A stretch of DNA of 33,473 bases from an uncultured bacterium (GCA_964448115.1 CAYUVA010000009.1:62001-95473); one strand, 5' to 3'. Positions 9,761-18,930 are shown, counted from the first letter of the stretch. A program made the numbers and translations. The notes: a model not told the origin generated them from the sequence alone.

Positions 9761-10735
9761 ATGCAAGCTGATAAAGATAATATCGAGATCTCGATCATAA
9801 TTCCAGTATATAACGAGGAAAAGAACATCCCGGTGGTCTTTGATCGCCTGAAAGCTACCCTTGATGAGCTGAATTCGAGCTACGAGATCATCTTCATCGA
9901 CGATGGCTCTACCGATGACACGCTAGGAATCCTGGAGGATCTGCATGAAAATGATGATCGGGTCGCAGTTTACTCGCTGCGCAAGAATCAGGGCAAGGCT
10001 GCTGCGCTAACCGTCGGCTTCAGAAGAGCAAGGGGCAGAGTAATAGCCACTATGGACGGCGATGGACAGGATGAGCCATCCGAGCTGCCTAGGATGATCG
10101 AGAAGCTAAATGAGGGCTATGACCTGATCAACGGCTGGAAATACCCCCGTCAGGATCCCTTGAGCAAACGCCTGCCATCCAAGTTATATAACTCGATAAC
10201 CAGTCTATTAGCCGGTATCACCCTCCATGACATGAACAGCGGACTCAAGGTTTACCGCCGTGAGGTTGTACAAAGCATCCCCATCTATGGCGAGCTGCAC
10301 CGCTTCATAGTCTTCATGGCGCATAGAGAGAACTTCAAGGTTACCGAGATCAAGGTCAAGCACAATCCAAGGCTGCACGGCAAGACCAAATATGGCTCTT
10401 GGCGATACTTTGCTGGGTTCTTGGATCTTATAACCTCCATGTTCTTAAGTCGTTTTTCTCGTCGCCCTATGCATTTCTTCGGCTTCAGCGGATTCTTACT
10501 GCTGTTAGCGGGTACTATTATTAACGCTTACCTTGCTATCGGCTGGTTCTTTGGTAGATGGATTGGCAACCGCCCGCTCCTTTTCTTGGGCATACTGCTT
10601 ATGTTGCTCGGCATCCAGCTTATCTCAACAGGACTCTTGGGCGAGATGCTGAGCAGATGGATGGATAAGGAGTATAACTATCCGCTGAAAAGGGAGCTGC
10701 CGGCAGGCGTGAGGAGTGCTGAAGGAGGAAAGTGA
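9761..10735 (+). CDS. GT2 polyprenol-phosphate glycosyltransferase (DPM/ArnC/GtrB-like)
   Basis: IIIPVYNEE, IDDGSTD, NQGKAAAL, MDGDGQD, GELHRFI, two C-terminal TM helices. Confidence 0.92.
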   Translation: MQADKDNIEISIIIPVYNEEKNIPVVFDRLKATLDELNSSYEIIFIDDGSTDDTLGILEDLHENDDRVAVYSLRKNQGKAAALTVGFRRARGRVIATMDGDGQDEPSELPRMIEKLNEGYDLINGWKYPRQDPLSKRLPSKLYNSITSLLAGITLHDMNSGLKVYRREVVQSIPIYGELHRFIVFMAHRENFKVTEIKVKHNPRLHGKTKYGSWRYFAGFLDLITSMFLSRFSRRPMHFFGFSGFLLLLAGTIINAYLAIGWFFGRWIGNRPLLFLGILLMLLGIQLISTGLLGEMLSRWMDKEYNYPLKRELPAGVRSAEGGK

Positions 10736-10804
10736 TAAAGAAAATAAGAAGCCTCACGCAAAGAAAAAAGAATTAGAAAATATCACCTCCAGGTTGGAAT
10801 CCTG

Positions 10805-11647
10805 TTGAGCAAAGAAGCGCCTATAGTCTCAGTTATAATACTCAACTACAACCGCTGGGATCTGCTTTCTGATTGCCTGAACTCACTGATGAAGGTCGAT
10901 TATCCAGCGCTTAAGATCATCGTGGTGGATAATTGTTCTGATGAGGACATAGCTGGGAGATTGAACGAAGAATACCGGCAGGTCCATGTCCTTGCGCTGA
11001 ATAAGCCGGTCGGTTTCGCCGCAGGGAACAACCTCGGCTTGCGCCGTGCACGGGAGCTTGGCGCTAAATACCACTGCCTGCTTAATAATGACACGGTGGT
11101 CGATGAAGCCTTTATCTTGGCGCTGGTTTCAGCAGCCCGGGAGCATCCAAGGGCAGCCATGCTCGGCGCAAAGATTTACTATCACGCGCAGCCGAACCGA
11201 ATCTGGTATGCCGGCGGAATCGTGGATATGAACCTGGGCAGGATCAAACATCGTGGCATTAGGGAATATGACAAGGGGCAGTACGAACGACTGGAGCGCA
11301 CCGGCTATGTAACCGGCTGTTGCTTATTCCTGCCGGACTGGACACTGGAGCGGGTCGGTTACCTTGACGAGGGCTTCCATGCCTACGGGGAGGATACCGA
11401 CTGGTGCATTCGGGCAGCAAACAAAGGGTTTGAGCTGCTCTATGTCCCCTCGGCGATTATCTGGCACAAGGTCTCCAGTTCCAGCGGGATGCTCAGCGCT
11501 TACAAGATAAAAAACAGGCTGAAGGGGCATCTGAAATTGTTGCGAAGATATAGTAAAATATATTACTATCCGCTTATATTCGTGTACCAGGTTTACGAAT
11601 TGCTTCGGATAAGCGCACTGGTGCTATGCGGGCGACTGAAGCGTTGA
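10805..11647 (+). CDS. Glycosyltransferase family 2 (WbbL/rhamnosyltransferase-like)
   Basis: VIILNYN, VVDNCS, GFAAGNNLG, LLNND, TGCCL, YGEDTDWC; TTG start. Confidence 0.9.
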   Translation: MSKEAPIVSVIILNYNRWDLLSDCLNSLMKVDYPALKIIVVDNCSDEDIAGRLNEEYRQVHVLALNKPVGFAAGNNLGLRRARELGAKYHCLLNNDTVVDEAFILALVSAAREHPRAAMLGAKIYYHAQPNRIWYAGGIVDMNLGRIKHRGIREYDKGQYERLERTGYVTGCCLFLPDWTLERVGYLDEGFHAYGEDTDWCIRAANKGFELLYVPSAIIWHKVSSSSGMLSAYKIKNRLKGHLKLLRRYSKIYYYPLIFVYQVYELLRISALVLCGRLKR

Positions 11648-11659
11648 TAAGGAGTTGCA

Positions 11660-14600
11660 ATGATGGGATGGAAAGGCTGGATGATCGCTGCCATAGCCTC
11701 GCTATGCCTTTTGGCTAAATATATTCAAGCAGCCGATGCATTTGATAAGGAGAGGCTCAATCTTTACCTAAAGGACTCTCACTATGCGCCGCATCGAGTT
11801 ATTGTCAAGCTGAAAGATAATCCAAAATTGATGGATGATCGCCTCAACCTGCGGGTTTATGCTGAAAAACTGGCAATGAAAGCCCTAGGGCAGGATGCAG
11901 TGGATAGGGTTAAGCCCTTGTATCCCAAGATGAACTCAAGCTCTACGAGGCGGACTTTCGTTATCGAGTTCAAGGACATGCCAGCAAACATCGTTGCTCA
12001 TAAGCTCAAGGCTTTGGATGACTTCGAGCATGTGGAGCTGGATTACGGATATTATTTTGCCCTTATGCCCAACGATGAGCACTTCTCTCAGCAGTGGAAC
12101 CTGCACAACACCGGCAAGCGCATCGAGGATGCGGACATAGATGCCCCAGAGGCTTGGGATATACAGACCGGAGACCTGAATGTGATCATAGCTGTAGTAG
12201 ATACCGGCTTGGACAGGTGGCACCCGGAGATGGTCGAAAAAGCGTGGATCAATGAGGGCGAGATACCGGGGGATGATATAGACAACGACGGTAATGGCTA
12301 CAAGGACGATGCCTATGGCTGGAACTTCTACGAGAACAACAATGTAACCAGCGATGTTGACGGGCACGGCACCGCGGTCGCATCGGTCGCTGCTGCCAAT
12401 ACTGATAATGTGATCGGCATAGCCGGGGTTGCCTGGAATGCGACCGTAATGCCCCTTCGGGTCAGCCGTGGCGAGTTCACCTTTGCATCGATGATCGCCG
12501 AGGCGGTTTATTATGCGGCTGATAACGGTGCGAAGATCATAAATCTCTCTGTGGTCTCGCTGTCTCGCTCTTATGCCTTGGAGGATGCGCTCGATTATGC
12601 CTATGATCACGGATGCCTGCTGGTTGCTGCGATGGGAGATTTATACTACGGAATACCGCTTTATCCAGCAGCCTTGAATCATACGTTGGCGGTAGGCGCG
12701 ACCAATAATGACGATCTTCGAGCAAGGGCATCCAATACCGGATATCATATTGACCTCAGCGCACCGGGAGAGAATGTCTTTGTGGCGCTTCCAGGCAATA
12801 AATACCAAAGAAAGACCGGCTCATCGCTTGCCGCAGCCACCGTGTCCGGCATCGCCGCCCTGGTCTGGTCCCAATTCAAACAGTTAAGCAATAAAGAGCT
12901 AATGGGCATTCTTTTGGCTTCAGCAGATGATATCGAGGAGTATAGCTGGGATGTAAAGACAGGCTGGGGCAGAGCCAATGCGCTGAAGGCGCTCACCCTC
13001 GGCTACATACCGCCTACCTGTCGCATCATCACCCCCCATCAACATACTTATGTGGATGGAAAAATCGATATCACCGGCTCCGCTTGCGGTGAGGGATTTA
13101 GCAGCTTCAAGCTCGAATACGGCAGGGGAAGCGAGCCGAGCGAGTGGACTGCCTTCAGGCAGTCATTCACCCCCGTGGATCACGGCATGCTCGGGGTGCT
13201 CAATCTCACCGGCAAGCCTGGAGGGATGTATGCCATAAGGCTCACGGTTACTGGTGAGAACAAGCGTACTGCCACGCACAAGGTGGTTATATATGTCAGG
13301 GAGCTTGATGTGCTCACCGGCTGGCCCTTCGATGCCGGCGCCTCGGTGCTGTCATCGGTCGCCATAGCGGATGTAAACGATGATGGCAGGGACGATGTTG
13401 TCTTCGGAGCTATGGACGGTGCAGTATATGTGCTCGATCACAACCGCGCCCCTCTGGATGGCTGGCCGGTGATGACCAACGGTCCCGTATTATCCTCGCC
13501 GGCAGTTGGAGATATAGATGATGACGGCAAGCTGGACATCGTGGTGGGGAGCATGGACAGCGGGATCTATGCATGGAACCACCAGGGCGAGCTTCTCCCC
13601 GGCTGGCCGGTCAAGACCGGGGACATGGTTCTCGCCTCGCCTACACTTGCCGACCTCGATGGCGACCGCTTCCTGGAGGTGATCATCGGCTCCTTTGACA
13701 AGAAGCTCTATGCCTTCCATTATTCGGGCAATGTTCTTGATGGATGGCCCTTTGAGACCCTGGGCGAGATCTTCAGTACCGCTGCGGTAGGCGATGTAAC
13801 CAACGACGGCAACAACGAGGTCGTGGTCGGCATCAACCAGCCGGGCAGCGGAGATATGCGGGGGAGGATCTATCTTTTTAGAAACAACGGCGTTTTATTC
13901 CCCAAGTATCCGCTTCTGCCCTCCGAGGCGTTACCCTTGTTCGACTACTTTGCCAATGGGGTCAGCATGTCGCCTGCATTGGCTGATGTAGATGGTGATG
14001 GCGAGCTTGAGATAATAGTCGGCGCCGTAACCGGCAGCATCCATGTCTATAACTACGACACCAGCCAGGTCGCCCAGACCGAGATCCTGCCCGCGGCGAC
14101 CAACTCCTCGGTGGCGCTCGGCGAGATCGATGGCGCAGCCGGGCTGGAGATGGTAGCCGGGCTTATCGATTATGATATCTTCAGTTTTACGCCATCGTAC
14201 ATGGTGGGCGGCTGGAATATAGATGCCACCGTGCTCCCCCGCTGGCATGTGCCTGCGCCAGACCTGGTGCTAAGCTCGCCGATAATCGCAGATGTTACCG
14301 GAGATGGACGACAGGAGATCCTTATAGGCTGCGGGGACAACAGCGTGATCGGCTTACTGCGCAACGGCGACCCCATCCCCGGCTTCCCCAAGCGCTGTGA
14401 TGGCTGGATATTCTCCTCGCCGGCGGTAGGAGATCTAGATAATGACAAGCGGATCGAGCTTGTGGTCGGCTCGGCGAGCGGCAAGGTATTTGCCTGGAAG
14501 ATGAGCGGACAATACAGCGAGGAGAGGCTCGAATGGCGTCAGTTCCACCACGACAACGAGCATACCGGCAGGTATGGCGATACCTTTGCTCCCAAGCCGC

Positions 14601-15232
14601 CCAAGGGCTTGGTGGTCGATGCGGTGCAGGGGGGATTATCCGTCTCCTGGCTGCCCAACAACGAGGATGACCTGGCTGGCTACCTCCTTTTTTACGACTA
14701 CGATGAGTCACTTGCCCCCTATAACGGTAAGGGAGCTAACATAGGGGACTCGCCGGTCGATGTCGGCATGAACACATACACGGTGATGCGCAGCCTAACC
14801 ATCGGACTCACTTACTACATCAGGGTCGCTGCCTACGATACTTCGGGCAATGTGAGTCGATACTCCAACCTGGCGACCCGCACCTACACCGGCGACTACG
14901 AGGGACCGATGATTCTCTGCGCAGGCTGGTGGGATACATACCTGGATCGCTATAACGGCGGGCTGTGGAAGCTATTTGCCTATATTGTTCACTGGAGCAG
15001 TCCGTCTTCTATCGCCAATGTCGAGATTTATTATAGCGGAATGCCGACCGGTATCAGGTTGTTCGATGATGGGGCAAGCAATGATGGGCTGCCTGGGGAC
15101 GGCATCTTCGGCGGGAGCTTTACTGTACCGGGCGGACTGCTGCCTCTGCTGTATCCATTTGAGATCATGGCAACCGATAATCTTGGCAATGCGAGTTTAC
15201 CCTGGCCGAAGCTGACCGTGCCGGAGTACTAG
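11660..15232 (+). CDS. Large secreted S8 peptidase-like protein: S8 domain, Ig-like domain, 8 FG-GAP-like repeats, FN3-like domain and C-terminal DDG...GDG domain
   Basis: AAGGAG RBS and signal peptide; IAVVDTG, DGHGTAVAS, TGSSLAA; eight D-x-D/N/T-x-D-G-type loops with recurrent 'GWP' linkers; FN3-like VSWLPNNEDDLAGY...TYYIRVAAYDTSGN. Confidence 0.85.
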   Translation: MMGWKGWMIAAIASLCLLAKYIQAADAFDKERLNLYLKDSHYAPHRVIVKLKDNPKLMDDRLNLRVYAEKLAMKALGQDAVDRVKPLYPKMNSSSTRRTFVIEFKDMPANIVAHKLKALDDFEHVELDYGYYFALMPNDEHFSQQWNLHNTGKRIEDADIDAPEAWDIQTGDLNVIIAVVDTGLDRWHPEMVEKAWINEGEIPGDDIDNDGNGYKDDAYGWNFYENNNVTSDVDGHGTAVASVAAANTDNVIGIAGVAWNATVMPLRVSRGEFTFASMIAEAVYYAADNGAKIINLSVVSLSRSYALEDALDYAYDHGCLLVAAMGDLYYGIPLYPAALNHTLAVGATNNDDLRARASNTGYHIDLSAPGENVFVALPGNKYQRKTGSSLAAATVSGIAALVWSQFKQLSNKELMGILLASADDIEEYSWDVKTGWGRANALKALTLGYIPPTCRIITPHQHTYVDGKIDITGSACGEGFSSFKLEYGRGSEPSEWTAFRQSFTPVDHGMLGVLNLTGKPGGMYAIRLTVTGENKRTATHKVVIYVRELDVLTGWPFDAGASVLSSVAIADVNDDGRDDVVFGAMDGAVYVLDHNRAPLDGWPVMTNGPVLSSPAVGDIDDDGKLDIVVGSMDSGIYAWNHQGELLPGWPVKTGDMVLASPTLADLDGDRFLEVIIGSFDKKLYAFHYSGNVLDGWPFETLGEIFSTAAVGDVTNDGNNEVVVGINQPGSGDMRGRIYLFRNNGVLFPKYPLLPSEALPLFDYFANGVSMSPALADVDGDGELEIIVGAVTGSIHVYNYDTSQVAQTEILPAATNSSVALGEIDGAAGLEMVAGLIDYDIFSFTPSYMVGGWNIDATVLPRWHVPAPDLVLSSPIIADVTGDGRQEILIGCGDNSVIGLLRNGDPIPGFPKRCDGWIFSSPAVGDLDNDKRIELVVGSASGKVFAWKMSGQYSEERLEWRQFHHDNEHTGRYGDTFAPKPPKGLVVDAVQGGLSVSWLPNNEDDLAGYLLFYDYDESLAPYNGKGANIGDSPVDVGMNTYTVMRSLTIGLTYYIRVAAYDTSGNVSRYSNLATRTYTGDYEGPMILCAGWWDTYLDRYNGGLWKLFAYIVHWSSPSSIANVEIYYSGMPTGIRLFDDGASNDGLPGDGIFGGSFTVPGGLLPLLYPFEIMATDNLGNASLPWPKLTVPEY

Positions 15233-15271
15233 GCTTGAGGGGTGTTAATCACTATGGTTCAAAGAAGAGGA

Positions 15272-15298
15272 TCACGCAAAGACGCAAAGAACGCAAAG
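15272..15298 (+). repeat. Tandem ACGCAAAG x3 in a purine-rich intergenic tract
   Basis: TCACGCAAAG-ACGCAAAG-A-ACGCAAAG; a single TCACGCAAAG also occurs at 10754-10763 in another A-rich spacer. Confidence 0.75.
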
Positions 15299-15349
15299 AG
15301 GAAAGGGATAAAAAAAAAACAGGGAGCAAAGATTATGGCTGGGTATTCT

Positions 15350-17254
15350 CTAGCTGCTTTTTCTAGGAAGTTTGGGCATCAGTATGCCCTTTTCATTTAT
15401 TTGATACTTTTTTCTTAGTATCTCTATTGTCTTTTCCTCAATGGTGGCTCCGGCTATATTTGCGAAGTGAAACAGTGTATGTTGATCGATTATTATGCCG
15501 GTTAGATTCGCCTCTGCCAGGTTGGCATCGACCATCTCGGCAGCCATAAGATTGGTAAAAGATAAATCAGCACCATTCATTGCAGTGCTTCTTAGGTTCG
15601 TGGACCGGAAGCTCGCCTTATGGCAGTTTGCCTCGCTAAGGTTTGCCCCCCAAAGATTTGCGTTATTGAACATGGTCATACTCGCTTGAGCCCTTGAGAA
15701 GTTAGCATCCATACAGGTTGCATTCTCGAAGTTGGTCTCCTGTAGGACAGCTCCCTCGAAGTTAGCCTTTTTCAAGCTGGTACCGATAAAGCTAGCTCCG
15801 GTTAGGTCGCATCCCTTGAAACTGATGCCATCGAGTTCAAGATCCCGAAGGTCAGCATTGACAAGGTTGGCTCCCTCTAGGCTCTGCTTGTTCTCTATTC
15901 GATAAATGACCTCATCGCGGCTCAAAGGGCGCTCATACTCACCCACAAAAAGGTGATCGTCCATCTCAGCCGGAATGGTCTCATCTGAATCGCCCTGCGG
16001 CTCCAACTCCTCAACATCCTCTTGCACTTCCTCCTGGCTTCTTTGTAAAAATACAAAGAACTCGAGTATCTCTTTGGATAGAAGTTGCCTGAGGTTATCC
16101 CTGAAGAAACCGATCAGATCCGGCATCTTGATATATCGTGAAAATTTCTCCTTAAGATCAAGGGGAAGCGTCTGTACAATCTTTTCTATTTCCGAGGGAT
16201 CCTTTTTCTCTCCATATAATCGTGCGATAACCACCTGGAACTTGCGGCGATAGAATAGCATATCATCGAAGACTTCCGGCCAGCGATGCATCAGGATAGC
16301 GATAATCAGCTTTACCTTTGGTTGTACGCTAACCGACCTTGCCGTGTGTCCGATGAATCTTAGCACATTGAGGAAGCTCTTCACCTTGCGCGGGATCTGC
16401 TCCAACTTGCCTGCCACCTGCTCCAGGTTCTCGATCATCTCTGGCTCCACGCCTAGATGCAGCAGATAGTCGATGGTCGTCTTCAATGGCAGAGCAGGTA
16501 AAGTGAAATAAAGCTGGAAAAGCCGCATCAAGCCCTCTTGCGCTCTTTTTTGATCTCCATCGAAGAGTTTATATGCAAGCTGCTGTTGATAGCCTTTTTT
16601 ATCCAGAGCCAGGATGGTAATCACATTAGGAGACATGAATAGCTCATAGAGTCGGCATAAGAAATCGTAGCTCTCCCCGATGTTAATGGCTTTATCCACA
16701 TTATCGATAAAGATTATGAGCGTCTTGCTATTACCGGTTATTACAGAGATAAGTTCCTGGATCAAGTTTCTCACATTAGCGCTATTTGCCATGAACAAAT
16801 TCATTGCCTGCGATTTTGGTGTCTCCTGGTCAAATTCGCCATTTTTGGAATACAACCATTGTTTGAGGATGGTATCATTGAGGATGCCGAGGATATTCCC
16901 CGCCTTTTCTAAGCTCTCACCACCTAGACTGTCCTTAACCCTTTCGACCAGGCTATTGAGAAACAGAGCTAAAATGGGAGGTGTGTCCTGGAAATAAGGA
17001 TACTCGAACCATGCCACCTGGAGATTGCGGTTGGGTATTAGCTCATCGTGTATCATCCTCATCAGGCTGGTTTTCCCGCAGCCGGCAGGACCAAAGATGC
17101 CCAAGCAAAGCGGCGTGTTCCCTTGATCCGATTCCATGATCAGGCTGACAAAGGTATCCTTAAACCCGCTATAATTGAGCAGATCAACGGTAGTCGCCTG
17201 ATCATCGAGGAGACGAAATCTCAGCTTGGGAGTCTGATTATCTTTCTTTCTCAA
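15350..17254 (-). CDS. KAP-family P-loop NTPase fused to a pentapeptide-repeat domain
   Basis: LLDDQATTVDLL, PLCLGIFGPAGCGKTSLM (Walker A), IIFIDNVDK (Walker B variant), LFQLYFTLP, IPRKVKSFLN; acidic linker; about 28 consecutive pentapeptides (LEGAN LVNAD ... LAEAN LTGII). Start placed at TTG 17254, 4 nt after the nadB stop with GGAG 10 nt upstream (track: 17293). Confidence 0.85.
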   Translation of the reverse strand: MRKKDNQTPKLRFRLLDDQATTVDLLNYSGFKDTFVSLIMESDQGNTPLCLGIFGPAGCGKTSLMRMIHDELIPNRNLQVAWFEYPYFQDTPPILALFLNSLVERVKDSLGGESLEKAGNILGILNDTILKQWLYSKNGEFDQETPKSQAMNLFMANSANVRNLIQELISVITGNSKTLIIFIDNVDKAINIGESYDFLCRLYELFMSPNVITILALDKKGYQQQLAYKLFDGDQKRAQEGLMRLFQLYFTLPALPLKTTIDYLLHLGVEPEMIENLEQVAGKLEQIPRKVKSFLNVLRFIGHTARSVSVQPKVKLIIAILMHRWPEVFDDMLFYRRKFQVVIARLYGEKKDPSEIEKIVQTLPLDLKEKFSRYIKMPDLIGFFRDNLRQLLSKEILEFFVFLQRSQEEVQEDVEELEPQGDSDETIPAEMDDHLFVGEYERPLSRDEVIYRIENKQSLEGANLVNADLRDLELDGISFKGCDLTGASFIGTSLKKANFEGAVLQETNFENATCMDANFSRAQASMTMFNNANLWGANLSEANCHKASFRSTNLRSTAMNGADLSFTNLMAAEMVDANLAEANLTGIIIDQHTLFHFANIAGATIEEKTIEILRKKYQINEKGILMPKLPRKSS

Positions 17255-17258
17255 GACG

Positions 17259-18797
17259 CTATTTCTCCAGGTCGGAGTTAAAATGTGTACCAATATTGGC
17301 TTTACGCATCCGACAAAAATATAATACAGATTTTGCCGTGGAGATCAAGTTCCTCAACTCCAATAAACTAGTAGAAAGCTTGAATTTTTTACACCATCCT
17401 TGCACGGTTTCGAGCATCTCCAAAACACTATAGGAAGCCTCTGCCAAGCCGATGTTCGTCCTTACTATTCCAGCGTGTTTCCACATCAAGTCCTGGAGCC
17501 TGGTGCGATAGGATCTTATCTGGGACTCAGCGCACTCTTTCTTGTTATCATCCAGGTTGAGCGGCCTGTTTCTACTTTGTTCGTACAGCTTGTTCCACTC
17601 CGAGGGGAGATAGGCGATATACTTTTCCACATGGACGGCAGCTCGATAGGCAAAGACGACTGATTCGAGCAACGAGTTGCTTGCAAGACGGTTTGCGCCA
17701 TGCACACCGGTGCATGCAACCTCGCCGCAGGCGTATAGTCCCGGTACCTGCGTCTTGCCATCTATATCGGTAACCACTCCACCGCAGATATAATGCGCAG
17801 CCGGGGATACTGGTATCTTATCCTTTGTAATATCAACTCCGTATTTCAAGCACTGTGAGTATATATAAGGAAACCTTTTCCTCAAGTATTCCGGATCTTT
17901 ATGGGAGATATCTAGCCATACATGTTCGCTTCCCTCTTTCTTCATTTGATCGTATATTGCACGGGATACGATATCTCTCGGTGCTAGCTCACCTGATTCA
18001 TGATATTGCTCCATGAATCGCTCGCCTGCCTGATTCACAAGTATGGCGCCCTCCCCACGCAGGGCTTCGGATATAAGAAAGGTCGGTGCATCCTTCATAT
18101 AGAATGCTGTGGGGTGAAACTGGATGAACTCCATGTCAGCCAGTTGGGCGCCAGCGTTAGATGCCATAGCGAATCCATCGCCGGTGGCTATCGGCGGATT
18201 GGTGGTTCGGTTATAAAGCTGCCCGGCGCCCCCGGTTGCTAACAATATCGCCTTGGCAAATTTTCGGTGCAAATTCCCTTGTTGGTCAATAAGCACTGCC
18301 CCTATGACCATATTTTGGCCAGTGATGATATCGACTCCCATCAGATGATCGAAGATGCTTACATTCGGATTATTGACCACCGCCGAGACAAGGGCTTCCT
18401 CGATCGCCTTGCCAGTCATGTCTCCCACATGAAGTACCCTGCTCTTGGAGTGTCCACCCTCTCTGCCGAACTGGAGCTGGTCTTGCCGGTCGCGGTCGAA
18501 CTGTACCCCGATACGCATCAGGTCTCTGATCCTGGCTGGTGCCTCATAGACCAGTACCTTGAGCGCCTGGCGGTTGCATATTCCATCCCCAGCTTCCATT
18601 GTGTCATCAAAGTGCTTCTGGTAGTCATCATCCATACGCAAGACAGCGGCGATACCACCCTGGGCATAGCGTGTATTGCTTTCGGTTACGCTATCCTTGG
18701 TGCAGATCGCCACCTTGAGGCTCTTGGCTGCCTCCATAGCGAAGGTAAGCCCGGCTGCACCGGATCCTAAAATCAGTATGTCATAAAGCTCATCCAT
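17259..18797 (-). CDS. nadB: L-aspartate oxidase
   Basis: GSGAAG, SNTRYAQGGIA, REGGHS, FIQFHPT, LISEALRGEG, PAAHYICGG, GVHGANRLASNSLLE. Confidence 0.96.
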   Translation of the reverse strand: MDELYDILILGSGAAGLTFAMEAAKSLKVAICTKDSVTESNTRYAQGGIAAVLRMDDDYQKHFDDTMEAGDGICNRQALKVLVYEAPARIRDLMRIGVQFDRDRQDQLQFGREGGHSKSRVLHVGDMTGKAIEEALVSAVVNNPNVSIFDHLMGVDIITGQNMVIGAVLIDQQGNLHRKFAKAILLATGGAGQLYNRTTNPPIATGDGFAMASNAGAQLADMEFIQFHPTAFYMKDAPTFLISEALRGEGAILVNQAGERFMEQYHESGELAPRDIVSRAIYDQMKKEGSEHVWLDISHKDPEYLRKRFPYIYSQCLKYGVDITKDKIPVSPAAHYICGGVVTDIDGKTQVPGLYACGEVACTGVHGANRLASNSLLESVVFAYRAAVHVEKYIAYLPSEWNKLYEQSRNRPLNLDDNKKECAESQIRSYRTRLQDLMWKHAGIVRTNIGLAEASYSVLEMLETVQGWCKKFKLSTSLLELRNLISTAKSVLYFCRMRKANIGTHFNSDLEK

Positions 18798-18930
18798 GGG
18801 AAGTCTCTTGTTTTTTTAGTTTCTTTTTTTTGTTTTTAATTTTTTCAATTCCTAGTGTTTATTTTTTAGTTTAATACTAATCATACAAGCAATAAAATGC
18901 CCTCTCCCCATTGCGTCTGTCTCAAAAGCC

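Noticed and set aside
11936..12610. 224-aa minus-strand ORF and other short ORFs inside the large S8 gene
   Set aside because: Antisense or alternate-frame shadows of a well-supported CDS.
17255..17293. 35-bp overlap of the KAP ORF with nadB as given in the ORF track
   Set aside because: A TTG at 17254 with a properly spaced GGAG removes the overlap; the extra 13 codons are probably not translated.
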